Source: Lama glama
Taxonomy: Eukaryota
Reading direction: 5' to 3'
NCBI GenBank assembly: GCA_028534125.1
Contig: CM052816.1
Span: 48,052,001 to 48,116,000, forward strand
Length of the DNA: 64,000 bases
The notes beneath the pieces were generated by a model that did not search any database, was not told where the DNA came from, and saw only the letters and a list, made by a program, of their open reading frames with translations. Shown one piece after another: positions 25,831-39,105 of the stretch; position 1 is the stretch's first letter, and each line of letters opens with the position of its first letter. A program made the translations under genes and the position numbers.

Positions 25831-26689
25831 AGTTAATTTACCTTCAGTGCACGCCACAGCCAGGCATAATATTGTGCGGATAAGGCGAGCCTAAAACTGA
25901 GGCCCAAAGATAGCACTGTTCAGAAGCAAAGAACAAATTTTATGTTTACAAATGTACTGCAATTACAAATGGTTCCATGTTTTCTTTGATGCTAGAACAA
26001 TTGATGACACTTGGAAAGGTAATATCTTCAAATTATCATGACACAATATACAGAAACTTGTCATCCTCTGAGTATTTCAGCAGCCAGTGTTCTAAGAGTC
26101 TATTTCTTCTACCGCCTGGTTCCTGCCTCCATTATCAGGGCAGAGGGAACTGGGTAGTGTTGTATGAGGGAAGCCTCCCGATTAAAATACAGAACTGTAG
26201 TGATACGTATAGGTTTTTGATTCTCCTTTTCCTGGTTATATTATATATAAAATAAACCACTATACTCATTGATTACTCCTTCCTTCTCCTGGAATAATTC
26301 TGGATTCTTCTGGTTTACAATAAAGGAAAATAGGTATGTATGTGGAAATGGATCCATGTAAGCCAGGATCTGCATCACCTTCTATATTAAAATTTGCAAA
26401 AAAAAGAAAAAAACCAAAAAACCCAAAAAAAACCCCTATAATTGGAAAATGAAGTAAATTTGATACTAACAGTTTAAAGTTGTACGTATAGTCCCTTCTG
26501 CAATGTTAATCTTAAAGGACATATACTTTATGTCTTTCAAATTAAACTTGAAAGTTTATATGGTATGCAATTTTAAATGTTACTTCTTTTTTTCTTAACC
26601 TAAGTATCCTCAGAAATGGGAGGAAAGTAACACCAGTCAACCCACAGGATTATAGGAAGTAGTAATATGTGATGAATAAAAGTTTTTAG

Positions 26690-26935
26690 AAAATAAGGAA
26701 TAGTGAGTTAGAATGGGACAGCTTGGATTCAAATCCCTCTTCCAGCATTTGTGAGCTCTATGACCTTAAGCAAGTCATTAAAACTCTTTAAATCTGTGTT
26801 TTCTCATTCGTCAAATAGGAAAATCAAAAATATAAAGTCTAATGGGTTCTTGTAAAATTGAATGAAACACTGTAAGTCATGTGCTGGATCTTATGGCATT
26901 CATGTATAAAGTACTCATTAAATATTAATTATTAA
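26690..26935 (+). mobile_element. MIR SINE
   Basis: 'ggattcaaatccctcttcc...tgaccttaagcaagtcattaaaactc...tctgtgttttctcatt'. Confidence 0.8.
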
Positions 26936-28899
26936 TAGACTCTAGTAAAAGTATAGACTTTTGTCACTTTACCAGAGTCCCAATATTTATAACCATGTAT
27001 GACCTGAATAAAGCACTTGCTGGAATTCCCTAACCTCATGACTTGCCTCCTCATTGAGCACTGGGCTCCTGGTCTATGGCTCTGTAAATTTTTTTTTTCC
27101 TGGTAGGCTTGAGTTGGACCAATTTAAATCCAATTTACTTGTTTGGTTAGCTATTTGGTAATAATTGTTAGCAAACCAAAATGGAAACACTGGCATTTGT
27201 AGAATTATTTATATCAAAGAGACTCAGCTATGACGATAGAAAGAAAATACAATTCTTTAGGCAGGGAAGAGAAGAGAAATACAAGAATGAAATGTAACTT
27301 TACGAAAAGATTTCCTTTGTGTTTGGTTTCTAACAGCAGAAGCCATAAAGGAAGATCTTTTTTGAAATCATGTTGCTAATTAGGCCAGGCTAGTCTCAGA
27401 AGCTTTTACTTCAGCCTTCCTTATACAGTGAGTATCTGGAATGCGGAACAGAATTTTCATGGTTTACCATCTCATTGTAGCAAAGATGTGCTCTCAAGAG
27501 CATTAGGTAATCCTGTAGTCTTACTAATACTTAATTGAAAACTAAGACTAAATAATTTTTGTTATTTCCTCTGCTGGGAAGAAGGCATATCAGTTCAAAT
27601 ACTGATAAATTTATCAGGCTTCAAGTATCTCCTAAAATTTTAGTATTACTCAGACTCTGGAACTGTCAACCTCATATCCACACACGCATTTGATAAGTGA
27701 ACTTAATATTCATAGAGCCATTTGACTCATCACTACAAAGTATTAGTATTACATGGATATCGGCTTTCTGCTATTTATATTCATTTAGAAATAAAAATAA
27801 AGCATAGCATAGATGTATCACATCTACTCTTTATTTACTTTTATTTTTAAATAAATAGGTAATAGTGTGCATCAAACTATAAGGACTATTATTTATATAG
27901 AATTAATTTCATTTAGTTATTTGTACCAGTAGATGTTGTCATCAGTCGAAATGTTCTTAATCTGTTAATATTGCCTTTATGATTTCATTTTTATACAGGT
28001 ACTTAGAAGCTATGAAATTCTGGACTAAGAAATGTGAATAAATTCAAATTATTGGGGCAGTTAATTCAATTTCAAAAGTCCTTAAGTTGCCATTAATGCT
28101 GTACCCAGAAACTAGAATCTTTAATGTATCATTTTTTACGGAAAATAAATTTCCTTATCTGGGGAACTGTATCATGGGTAATACTGATGAATTGTTTTAA
28201 AGGACAAAAAGATATTCTGGATAAGCTATGGCAAGCAACATTCTCTCTCCCTCTTTTCACGTAAGGCAGGAAATATGATAATAGGCTCAAAATGAGTTAA
28301 CGGACATTCAATCTGGGAAAAAAAATCAGTAGTTTTATTTCCATTCCCTTGTTCTAGACTACAAATGAATCTGCCATTTTACCCTGGGAAATGGATGAGA
28401 AAGGACTTCTTGGTTGGGGAATTCTAGTTATTTGTGGGATTTCTGAACCTCTTTCCTGTTAAGTATGAGAGAGAGTCACAGTTTATGGTAAGACAAACTT
28501 CCTGACTGCACAAGGATAACAGAGAAACCATTTACCATCTGTGGAGGTTTCTAATTTAAAGTCAGATCTATGGAGTAAAGTCTATTAGCACCTTTCCAGC
28601 TTAAAGGATACAATAAATCATTGTGAACTCTTGTTGCTTGAAATTTAACCACTGATTTTATTACGGTAGTCCTATTTTTAAGATTGCAATTCATTAGTCA
28701 CTAAGTTATCTTTTTCTGCTGAAGACAATGGCATAATTTCATGGCAACTGTTTATCAATTTAAGGCTATGAATTGATTTGTTATAAATGAATGTATTCCC
28801 TATCTTTCCTAACATTCTTCCAGCATCATAACACAATGAATCAACCTAGAATGACTGTTAAATTCTAGATAAATGATCTGAAAATGGTCTAGACCCATG

Positions 28900-29450
28900 C
28901 CTTCTTCTTTTGTCTCCTGGAAATTATTTGCCACAGAGCAGCACAAGTGATCTTTTTCACTTAAAACCCTTCAAACATGTCTCACTGCATTTAGAATGAA
29001 ATTGAATTTCCTTACTAAGTACTAAATGTAAGTAGTACCTTTTTGATCTATCTCCACTTAACTTTTCAGTTTGTCAGCAATATCCCATTTGCTCTGTATC
29101 TCTAGCAGCACTGTCTTCCTTCTATCCTTGGAACATGCAACTCTTTTCTGCCTCAGGACCTTAGCACAAGCCATCCCATCTGCTTTTTCCAACTCCTCAC
29201 ATGCTTAGGTCCTTCTTATCCTTCAGGTTTTGATTGAACTATCATTCCATTGATGGGATCCACCTATTAGAGCCTCTATTTTCATTTACTTTATGGCTTT
29301 AATCACAATTTATAAGTATTTATTGAATTGCCTGGTGATTTCTTTATTGTCTGCTTCTAGTCTTCTGTAAAGTAAAAATGCCAAGAATTCAGAAAGAAAA
29401 TTGCCAATCTTGCTCATGGAGAACAGTGCCTACTTAGAACACAACAGCCA
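28900..29450 (+). mobile_element. L2 fragment
   Basis: 'cttaaaacccttcaa...ccttggaacatgcaactcttttctgcctcaggaccttagcacaagc'. Confidence 0.75.
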
Positions 29451-30089
29451 CCAAATAAAACCAGGTTTGTCCTCCTCAGTTCTATACTTTTATGCTACTT
29501 TCCATCATTGTAAGTAATACTGTCTGCAGGGATCAACTTTAGAGGTTTTGGTAGTGCTGTCCTTGCCTGGCTATAGTACATGAGATGATAAAATATTTGA
29601 ATGGTTTCAAACATGGGTTTATATCAAGCTTCACAGGGATCAGTTCGTAGAACACATTTAACTGCAGAGGGCAGTGCTGTCTAATGTGCTGCACAGTAAT
29701 CCCCTGACTCATAACCAACGCTGTTTATTTCACATTCGATTTCCTTTGATGGATGCTCTAAAATTCTTTCATTACTGTTTTAGCAATGTGTTACGCAATT
29801 ATACTTTAGAAATGACACTTCTTATAAGAAATTTCAGAGTTTTAGCTATGGATGCATCAGAGTGTTTCTTAAATTAACTGAATGGCCCTTGGGAAATGAT
29901 TTTTTGAAAAATTGTAGTTACTTTCATTTGGTCCTAACTTCTGACTTCACTTTAATTTCTCCTTTAAAAAATGCTTTTGGGATTTAATCAGATTTAGCAG
30001 TAAGTAATACAACTGCCAAGCAGCCTGACTAATTTTTAGAAGGCTAAAATAGATTTAGAATCTAAAACTGTTTTCTCTCATGTTCTTGC

Positions 30090-30360
30090 CTACAAATTTT
30101 CTGACCTCCCATCTTCCTCATCCCATCCATATTCTACATTCTACCAGATTAATCTCTACAGTATGTCTCTGATCCTGTCACTCTTTTTGAGCAACTTTTA
30201 AAGATGCGTCATTGCTTACTTAGCGTTACTTAGTTTTCAAGACCCTCCAAATGTTGCTTATACCACCTGTCTAATCTTATTCTAAATGCTTTCTCTTGCT
30301 ATTTGAAAAGCTTGAGACTTATCCAGAACTGCCCTTCCCTGTGTCTTTGTTTGTACTCTT
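30090..30360 (+). mobile_element. L2 fragment
   Basis: 'ccatccatattctacattctaccagattaatct...tctgatcctgtcactc'. Confidence 0.55.
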
Positions 30361-31089
30361 AGCAGTCAGCCAAACCTGCATTATGGAGGGATCCTCTAAA
30401 AATCTGGCAAAGAATTGAGAGGCCGGGTTTTCTACCATTTCCTTGGCCTCAGATTTACTCTGTGAATACTGGGAAAAGTTTTCTTTTACTTTCATGTCCT
30501 ACCCTTTTAAATTCCCTGATACAGGGATAGAGGCGTCCTTCTCAGAGTGGAGATCAGATGAAGGTCTGAAATGCTAAATGTGAGGGAAGAAAGGGACTAG
30601 CTATTAGGAAGGTGGTTTGTCTTTGGTACCCTTTTCAATACTTGACTGTTATTATTTTAGTCATTCTTTTCTTTTCTATTTCTCACCTCCCCTTTGAAAG
30701 TATACACTGCGTCATGAACCTATGTATGTCATGTTTCTTCATATGAGATATTATAAGATGTTACGTTATCTTCTCAGGGTGCATTTTTATATTATAGCTG
30801 TAGTGAAATTGGGAAAAACATTTTATTTACCAATAACAGGCATAAAGTATTAGTGACAAATTAAAAAGTGTTTTTTATTTCTCTCATTCTTTTCCTCTTC
30901 CTTCCTTTAGACAGGAAAAAAATTTCCTAGTTGATGAATCATACCATTAAGCAGCAACACATGTGAAAGTACACCCAGGGTGGTACAGGAGAAATTTAAA
31001 TATACTATTATATATATAATTTAAATATTTTATCTAACTATCTATCTGTTTCATCATCATCATCTATCTGTATATTAGAAAGACAATGC

Positions 31090-31390
31090 ATTTGCAAGAC
31101 TAAAAACTATTAAAATATATACAGCATAATCTTCCTCCTATCTGTGAACTTCAGTTACCTACTTGCTTCTCCCCACTACAAATAAGTAACCATGGTTTTT
31201 GCATCCTTCTGTATGCTTCCAAAGGATTTGTGCATACATTTAAAATATATATTTTTGAATTTTTTCTCCTTTTTATATACATAGTACTGTACCTGCATTT
31301 TTCATGTAATGGTTTATCTCTGATATCTTTTCATAGTGCTGTGAAAACTTTTCTTATTCTTCTTTATAGATGAATATACTATCGTGGATA
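31090..31390 (-). mobile_element. L1ME-like fragment
   Basis: 'atccttctgtatgcttccaaag...tactgtacctgcatttttcatgtaat...tgatatcttttcatag'. Confidence 0.5.
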
Positions 31391-31394
31391 AAGA

Positions 31395-31580
31395 ATAGAT
31401 CAGTGGCTGCCAGACATAAAGATGGGGGGAAGCAGGGATTACACAAGGACAGCAGGAGAGATTTGGAGGTTGTATCTTGATTGTGGTGATAGTTACACAA
31501 ATCAATGCATGTGCTGAAATTCATAGAATTGCATACTAAAGAAGTCAATTCTAATGTATGGTAAATTAAAAATTGAAATT
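31395..31580 (+). mobile_element. L1M (MD/ME-like) 3' end
   Basis: 'agatcagtggctgcc...tgtatcttgattgtggtgatagttacaca...aaattcatagaattgcatact...tgtatggtaaattaaaaat'. Confidence 0.75.
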
Positions 31581-34129
31581 CATTTTAGGAGAATAACATA
31601 CTTTGTTTTATCTTAGAGAAAATTTCAGGATCATGAATAACCCCAGAAATATCTCTAAAATAAAAGATATTAAAATTAAAAGCTGGTACATTTGCAGAAA
31701 GTAGAGTGTGAAGTTTCTCCCTTGGTTTGCATAAACCTGTCCAAGTAAGCATCAGTGCATTTTAAAGAATCACATTTTCCTGAAATTGGATTTGATTTGA
31801 CTCTCTGAAGTGTACGTTTTTATACGACTCCCTAGCTCATCAGGTAGCAGAGGAAGGACAGAAACTACGTATAAAAATGAATTTTTAAGTTAATGTGTAT
31901 ATAGAGTAATACATGCAAAAGAACTTCATGGCTCTCATAAGACTTCTAAATTTACATGGTGAACACTGTAAATTTTCAAGGGTTCAGGCGATGAATGTCG
32001 AAATGTAACAGATAAGCATCTGTACCATTGAGACAAATGTCTTTCTTTGGATTCTAAGTAAAAGAAAATGTTTTTCTTTTGCCTTGGTATAAAAAGAGAA
32101 TGAAAGGCAATGTCCATTTCTCTCCTTTTCATTCTCACAATCTCTTTACATTATATTTTGTTGTTTTAGTAGTCAGGTATTGCCTCTCTAGAGATGACTA
32201 GGAAATTCTGCTTTGCTGTGATCCAAATATATTTTCTGAGACACCTGCTTGAAAATAACACAATCTATCCCCTCCAGATTATGCATGCAGAATCCTTGAG
32301 AAGGTTGAAATGAAAACCTTTATGTATATGTGTTTTTTACAAATGTTCTTTGACTTCTTTTGGGGTTTTTGTCTGTTGATGTGTTTTAGGTAAAAGCAAT
32401 TTTTTTTTTTTAAAGCACGGATTATTTTTCAAGAGCTAGGTATTTTGAGCAGATGATAGGTCACTTGAGGTGCATTTAAACCAGTCCTGCAAACAGATCT
32501 TTCTTGATGACCTTAGATTGCATACTCTAGACACAAGATAAACTTTAATAATTGTCTGACTTTTATCTAGAGCAATACTATTTTGATTTTTGGATAATTA
32601 TGCATTATCAGCTCCATTTTAACTTCCCTTTCACATAATTGATTGCAATTATTTTGCTCTTTCATAAGTTCCCCCTTCCTTTTACTCTGTTTTAGACAGT
32701 AACTTTTCCCCCTTATTTTAACTCCATGTTTTCCCTCTCAGAAGATATAATGAGATTTCTTTCTAAATTCAGCAGCACTGTATTATAGTTGCTGGGTTGT
32801 GAAAAACTGATTTCCACTACCACTTAAAAACTAAGAACACTTTTTTTAAGTAGTAGCTAAACTCAAAAGGAGATAATTTACTTCTTTTGAGAATGAGCTT
32901 ACATTGAATATGAACACTTTTTTTTTTTTTAGGTTATGGCCTTTAAATCCTAAAGCAAGACTGAAATCTTAATTTCAAACTTTAGTAGAGATTTGGCAGG
33001 CTTTTCCTCCTTTAACAAGTAGAGAACTAAACTCTCCAGCAGGCATCTTGAAAAGACCACAGATTTGCTGGAAATTTATCAGACTCCTTAGAGAATACTA
33101 CCAGTGAGGAAAAGGTCTATGTTATTTGAATGTGCTCTGTGAATCCAGTCATCAATTCCATCAGTTCGTAGGCTGCTAAGGCTTTTCAGATGGAGGCTCT
33201 GAAAAAGTTGGTAAGACTTTAATTTAGTTTTGATTTTTTCCCCTAAAGTTAAATATTTGCTGTCCATTGATCAATGAACAACTTTGCAATTTCTTGGTAT
33301 TACTCTGACAAGTCTTAAGGCAGACTGTAATTTCCTGTGAAATATAGTTTTCTTGAGAAGTAACTACATATAAAAAGCTCAGTATGAAAACAAGAATAGA
33401 ACAGCTGCCACAGGGCTTTTTCCTTTACATTTTCTCCTTCCCCATACTCCTTCCCATTCCCAACAAGAATCATTTCGCGGCCTTGTGAGGGGCTTTTCTT
33501 TTCCAGTACCTCTTTTGCATGATTTTCGTTTTATGGATATAGATCAATCTCATGCCATGGGTAGCAAAGAGCAGAAGAGCTGTTGTATTGAATCATCTAA
33601 AATGATACTGCTAGCATATTGAAGGGGTAAAGAAATGAAGGCATGTGGACTCAGTGGACAAATGGGAGCCCAGAAGTGCATATGGAAAGAAAAGTAACTA
33701 AAAACTAAGAAAGAGAGGGAGAAATATATATATAATATTAGCAAAATGTTTAGGTGTTGGGCAATTAAAATCAATACAATAAACACACAAAGAAGAAAAA
33801 AGATGTGTGTAAAGATGCCATCCAATTCGGAGAATTTAATCACCACAGTTTTCCCCTCAAGATCAGGGCCTGTGCATCATTTATGTTCATTTAGAATGGG
33901 AAACACATTCAATAGTTATTTATCCATTTACCTAATAAAGCCAGTCACAGTATATCAATCAAGCAGTAAAACTCTTCTAATAACAGAAACATACATTAGA
34001 GTAGTCCTTCATGAAGTCCTATTATTATTAAAAGAGGTAATAGAACATAAGCTAGTTTTTGTTCAATAATTTGTTTCTTTTCTTCTGTTTGTTTGCCCCA
34101 CATGAGCTCTCCTATTATGTATATTAGGG

Positions 34130-34549
34130 AACTTCTCAATATGTACAGTATTAGAAATTTTTTTTTCCAATTTCTGAAGCCAGAGTCAGACACTCCATTC
34201 CTTGCCCCTTAGGAGAAAGTATTGGCGTGTGATTTAAACCTGCCAATCAAATTCTCCAACTCAGGACTTGGAATATTGATGGTCATAATTCACTTGTTAG
34301 AGTTTAAACCATAATAATGACCTGCAATACCAGTGTCCAGAACAGAATACTTCTGCTAAAGATGGTGTTCTCATTTCTGCTCCTTCACCCTTCAGAATTG
34401 TCTTGATGCCTCTCTGTTTTCCAAACTTGTCCCTTCAGGCTTCATTAAGTAAATTCCTTAAAATCAATCCAACATACTCCTTTTTTATTTTTGACATGAG
34501 ATCCAGAGTCAGATTCTATTACTTGCTATCAAGAACCCTATCTGATTCA
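34130..34549 (+). mobile_element. LTR33/LTR16-like ERVL LTR
   Basis: 3' end 'ccagagtcagattctattacttgctatcaagaaccctatctgattca' and internal 'gccaatcaaat...ggacttggaat'; left boundary uncertain. Confidence 0.55.
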
Positions 34550-35974
34550 GCAGAATAGATCTCTTCCTAGAAAGGGTAAGACTGCCTAACTATTAAAAAT
34601 CTTTTATACCCTGTTAACCTGTTCATATTAGAAAAAAGGGGTCTACCTAAGTATAGATAGAGGGATCTGACAGGAGATTGCCCCTCTACTCTGATGATTT
34701 CTGGTTGGCCAATATTTTCCATTTATCACTTAAGCGATTTTTGTCTGCTTCAATTTCTATAGGAAGGTATGTTTATTTTCTTTGGCTTAAAAATGGAGGA
34801 GTAAAATGGTATCCTCTAGCCTTTATAGAGAAAGATTTTGTGTCTGCAATTCATTTGTTTTTGAGAAATTTTTTAAAAAGAATATAATCTGAACTTACAT
34901 GCCCATTTTAAATTTGAGAATACTTACACAACTTAAAATATATAGACTTGTAAACAGTTTTATGTTGAAATATTTATTTATATGCAGTTAGTGTACATAA
35001 ACATGTACAGCAAAGTAAAAAATTAAACCACCATTTTACATGACTCGCTGCCTTAAATCTCCCTTTAAAGGAATTTAGAGGTTCTATCAGAGTTATGACA
35101 TTTTTTTTCTAGGGATTTTGAGAGTTGCAGTGTCTAAATTTCAAGTTAGGAATGGATATGTGTCCTCAGAAGTGGTCTCTCCTTTTTAAGACAGGAAATT
35201 GAATTTGGTGCTAAAGGGCTAAAGCATTTTCCTTTAGAAGATCAGGATATGCCACTGTACAAAGGATAGAGTTCCCTTTTAATCCTATTAATCCAAGTTA
35301 ATTCACGTTATCTACTGGGTCAGTTAAGTGTAACAATCCATTTTCAGCTCTATGACAGAGTCATCTAAAATTGAGATATACAACTTGGGAAACATGACTT
35401 TATCGATATAGTATTATTTTGTGGTGTGTGTGTGTGTCTGTGTATAATGTGATTTGTAACTTTGTGATTTGTAACTTCTTTGTATTTATGCTGTGTATCA
35501 TCAACTGACCTTGTCCTTCCAAAAACACACATATTTAACACATACTGCTAACCATTTTAGAGTTCCTTAGATATATTTTCTAGAGAAATGTAATTGCTTT
35601 ATACACATGCTACTACCAGCAAAAGAGGAAATTAACAATAACTATAATAATTTTGTTTCACCAAATTAAATTATTTAGATTCTTTATTGGTTAATTCTCT
35701 TGTGCACAGTTTAATAGTAAGTTATACATTTATGCAAAGACATACTGCCAAAGAAATGCCACAGTGCCATATGTATTTTAGGCATCATAAAAATTCTTAA
35801 CCTTATTTTAACTCTTGTCAATATAAATGATTTACAACTTAAAAAATAAAAGCCTCTTCTCAATGATATAAATTTCCTCTGGATTTTTATTTAAAAAAAA
35901 ACACTTCTCAAATATTAGTTATCAACTGCCACATAACAAATTACCTCCTAAATTTAGCAGCTTAAACAACCAAC

Positions 35975-36725
35975 AAAAAAATATCAGAAGGGGAAATAAA
36001 GAAAACAATTCCATTTATAACAGCATCAAAGCAATTAAATACTTAGGAATAAATTTAACCAAGGAGATGAACCTGAACACTGAAAACTGCAAGACATTAA
36101 TGAAGAAAATAAATAAATAGAAAGGTAGTCTTTGTTCAAGGATTGGAAGAATTAATGTTATTAAAATGTCCATATGAAACAAGATTATACTGTATAGCAC
36201 AGGGAAATATGTACAAGATCTTGTGGTAGCTCACGGTGAAAAAGAATGCAACAATGAATATATGTATGTTCATGTATAACTGAAAAATTGTGCTTTACAC
36301 TGGAAATTGACACAACATTGTAAACTCACTATAACTCAATCAAAGAAAATTTTAAAAAATGTCCATATGACCCAGAGCAATATCCAGATTCAAACTATAT
36401 ATATTAAAATTCCAATAGCATTTTTCACAGAAGTAGAAAAAAAATCCCAAGACTGTATGGAACAAATGGCTTTGGGAAAATTGGACAGCCACATGCAAAA
36501 GAATGAAATTGAACCCCACAACTTATATCATACACAAAAATCAACAAAAAACGGATGGATATATTAATTAACTCTATGGGGGAAGTTTTCACAATATTTA
36601 TATTTATAAAATCATCACATTATGCACTTTCTACATCACATTGTATCTTGCAATTTTATTTTTCAATTATATCTCAATGAAAATAACTTTAAAAAATTTT
36701 AAAAACAAATCAAATGAAAAAACCC
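35975..36725 (+). mobile_element. L1MA-like element with internal deletions (ORF2 pieces plus 3' end)
   Basis: 'aattccatttataacagcatcaaa...aaatacttaggaataaatttaaccaagga', 'ttccaatagcatttttcacagaa', 3' end 'caattttatttttcaattatatctcaat'. Confidence 0.85.
36178..36355 (+). mobile_element. Younger L1 3' tail nested in the older L1
   Basis: 'tactgtatagcacagggaaatat...ggaaattgacacaacattgtaaact' is similar to 19720-19860; perfect 15-bp TSD aaaatgtccatatga at 36163-36177 and 36356-36370. Confidence 0.9.
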
Positions 36726-37364
36726 CAAAATACACTTATATTCTCACAGGTCCTTTGGGTCAGGAATTAAGGCACTGCATAACTGGGCCCTCTACTTCAG
36801 GTTCTCTCACACAAAAATTGAAATTATATACCGTATAGAAGGAATAATTAATAATAAATGATGCTTACATTTCAAGGCATCATTTGATATCATTGTTCTG
36901 ATTTTACAGTAGTTTTCATTGGAGGCAGGGGAATGATCATTTCGATATGTTAGTTTAAATCTTATGATTATTAAACAAGTTAAATCCAAACATTTAGTAA
37001 AGATTTATTTATATTCTACTCAGATCACAAGTAAATTATAGTAGACTAGTACCTAGGTAAAAGTATATCAGAATAAAAAACTATGACTTGACACATTAGA
37101 TTTAGAAAAGAAAAGAAGCTTGTGAGTCAAATGTTAAGTGATTGTCATTTTTCTGTCCTCATATTCTGTGACTTCTCAGTAGCAATAACCACAATTAATC
37201 ACCCAGTCCAAAATCCTCTTGGTATTCCTTTAATCTTGTGGTTTGCACCTTATTACCCTGTTTTGTGGGTTCTTCTTCCTGTGATAAGTGCCAGAGCTTA
37301 CTTAGGCCTGGGCCTCTTTCTATTTTAAATATTTCTGAAACTGAATTTATTTTATTTTATCTTA

Positions 37365-37525
37365 TTTCAACCTTTTATTTTAGCATATTATACATATTAG
37401 TACTATATCTAAGTGCACAGTTTAAAAAGTTTTCATACTGAACACATTTGTGTGACTAGCACGTAGATCAAGAAATAAAATATTACCAACACCTTAGAAT
37501 CCACTCCCTTACCCCTTTTCAGTCA
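37365..37525 (-). mobile_element. L1M 3' end fragment
   Basis: 'tctaagtgcacagttt...aacacatttgtgtgactagcacgtagatcaagaaataaaatattacc...ccttttcagtca'. Confidence 0.65.
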
Positions 37526-37643
37526 CAGGTTTTGTCTGTTATCCACCATAGCAACATTAGGTAATAAATTAAATTTTATGTCTAGTTCATATCTGTTGGC
37601 AGACATATGTGTGCATTCTGATATAGGTTAAGAGCATGAATTA

Positions 37644-37861
37644 TAGTTCATCCTAGTACAATATGGGTTTGAACTGTATGGGTCCACTTACACTCAGATC
37701 TTTTTCAATAAATACATAAAATGACCTGACATGATGCCCGGTTGGTTGAATTCAAGGATTTGGAACCATGGATACAGGTGGCTAACCCTAAAGTTAAATG
37801 GTGATTCTAAACCTCATGGAAGTCAGCACCCTTAACCCCTGTGTTGTTCAAGGGTCAACTG
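37644..37861 (+). mobile_element. Tigger2a-type MITE inserted in a MIR
   Basis: Right TIR 'gtgttgttcaagggtcaactg' intact, left degenerate ('tagttcatcctagtacaatat'); internal 'gggtttgaactg...gggtccactta...ggttggttgaat'; TA upstream. Confidence 0.85.
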
Positions 37862-38189
37862 TGTAGTGTAACCCTCCACATGTTTATACTAGTGGTATAA
37901 CTTAATGTAAGCTACTTGTATAAAGTACTTGTATTGAGGATTGTCGCTATGTTTCAATTTCCTAACTCATAAACAGAAATCAAATAGTAATTTATAGGAT
38001 TATTATGGAGATTAAATGAGTTAACTCTTTAAAGTGGCTAAATAACTAAGTGACTAAATTTTTAAAGAGCCAGATCTTTAAATCAAGAAGAGTGTCAACT
38101 CTTAGCAGATGTTTAATAGCATAGCTGGGTTTTTTTTTTTCTGTCTTGCTTTGTTTTTAGTTGTTTTATTTCTTTTAAAAAGCATCAAG

Positions 38190-39105
38190 TTCCACTCAGT
38201 TACTGCCCAGCCCAACCTACTGTAACATACTTGGCATCTTCCATTTTCTCATGAGCTCAATCTCCAATCCATCATCAAGTCCTATGGGTCTGTCTACAAA
38301 CATATCCCAAATCTATCTTCCCATGTCTTCCCATCTTCACTCTTTCAAATTTAGTTCACATCACTATCATCTCTCATTTGGTACATTCCAAACTGTTCTC
38401 TTTGTTTCTAATTTTGGCATTTGGTTTTATTAATTCACTCTCAACAGTAATCAAAATTAATTATATATAACTATATATGTATAGTTATGTTATGTCATTT
38501 TCTGCATTCAAAACAAAGCAAAACAAAACAAATGAACAAAAATTTATGATGGCTTCCCTTCATAGCTGATCATTACCTCTAAGACTTCACAATCTGGCTT
38601 TTCTTTCTCTCTAACCTCAGTTCTACCACTGTCCTTCTACTTTACCATACTGTAGTCATACGAGCTTTTCTGTTCCTCAAGTGAACCAAGTTTATTCTCC
38701 CTAGGGTCTTCAGTTATATCTTTACTAGGAAGGCTGTGCCTATCAATCTTTGTTTAAGTATGTATTGTTTTTGTTGTTTAGATTTCAGCTCAAATATCCT
38801 CCTATAATATTGGTTTCTGAGAAGTACTTTTCCTTACATGTCTTTCAGTCTGCCTCCACCAGAACTAATTACCTCAACCAAAAACTAATTACCTCAACAT
38901 CATCCTATTATATTTTATTTACTGCATTTATTTCTATCTAGAATAACCTTGGTAATTTATTTGGTCACTTTATTTTCTGTCTCCTCATGTCTAGAATGAA
39001 AGCTCCACAAGAGCAGAGACCTTATTTGTCTTGTTTATTAGTTCCTTTAATAGTGTCTGGTAAGTTGTCCAGGTTCAATAAATACTTAGAATGAATGAAG
39101 GAACA
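38190..39105 (+). mobile_element. L2 3' portion
   Basis: Ends 'ctagaatgaaagctccacaagagcagagaccttatttgtcttgtt...tcaataaatacttagaatgaatgaa'. Confidence 0.8.

Larger units (their letters stand above)
35910..36820 (-). mobile_element. MLT1 LTR fragment split by an L1 insertion (pieces ~35910-35972 and ~36733-36820)
   Basis: 'tattagttatcaactgccacataacaaattacc...ttagcagcttaaacaac' resumes as 'cacttatattctcacaggtcctttgggtcaggaatt'. Confidence 0.7.

Noticed and set aside
27337..27427. Plus-strand segment with a strong acceptor and a gtgagt donor
   Set aside because: Stops in all three frames; splice-like pairs are common by chance in 64 kb
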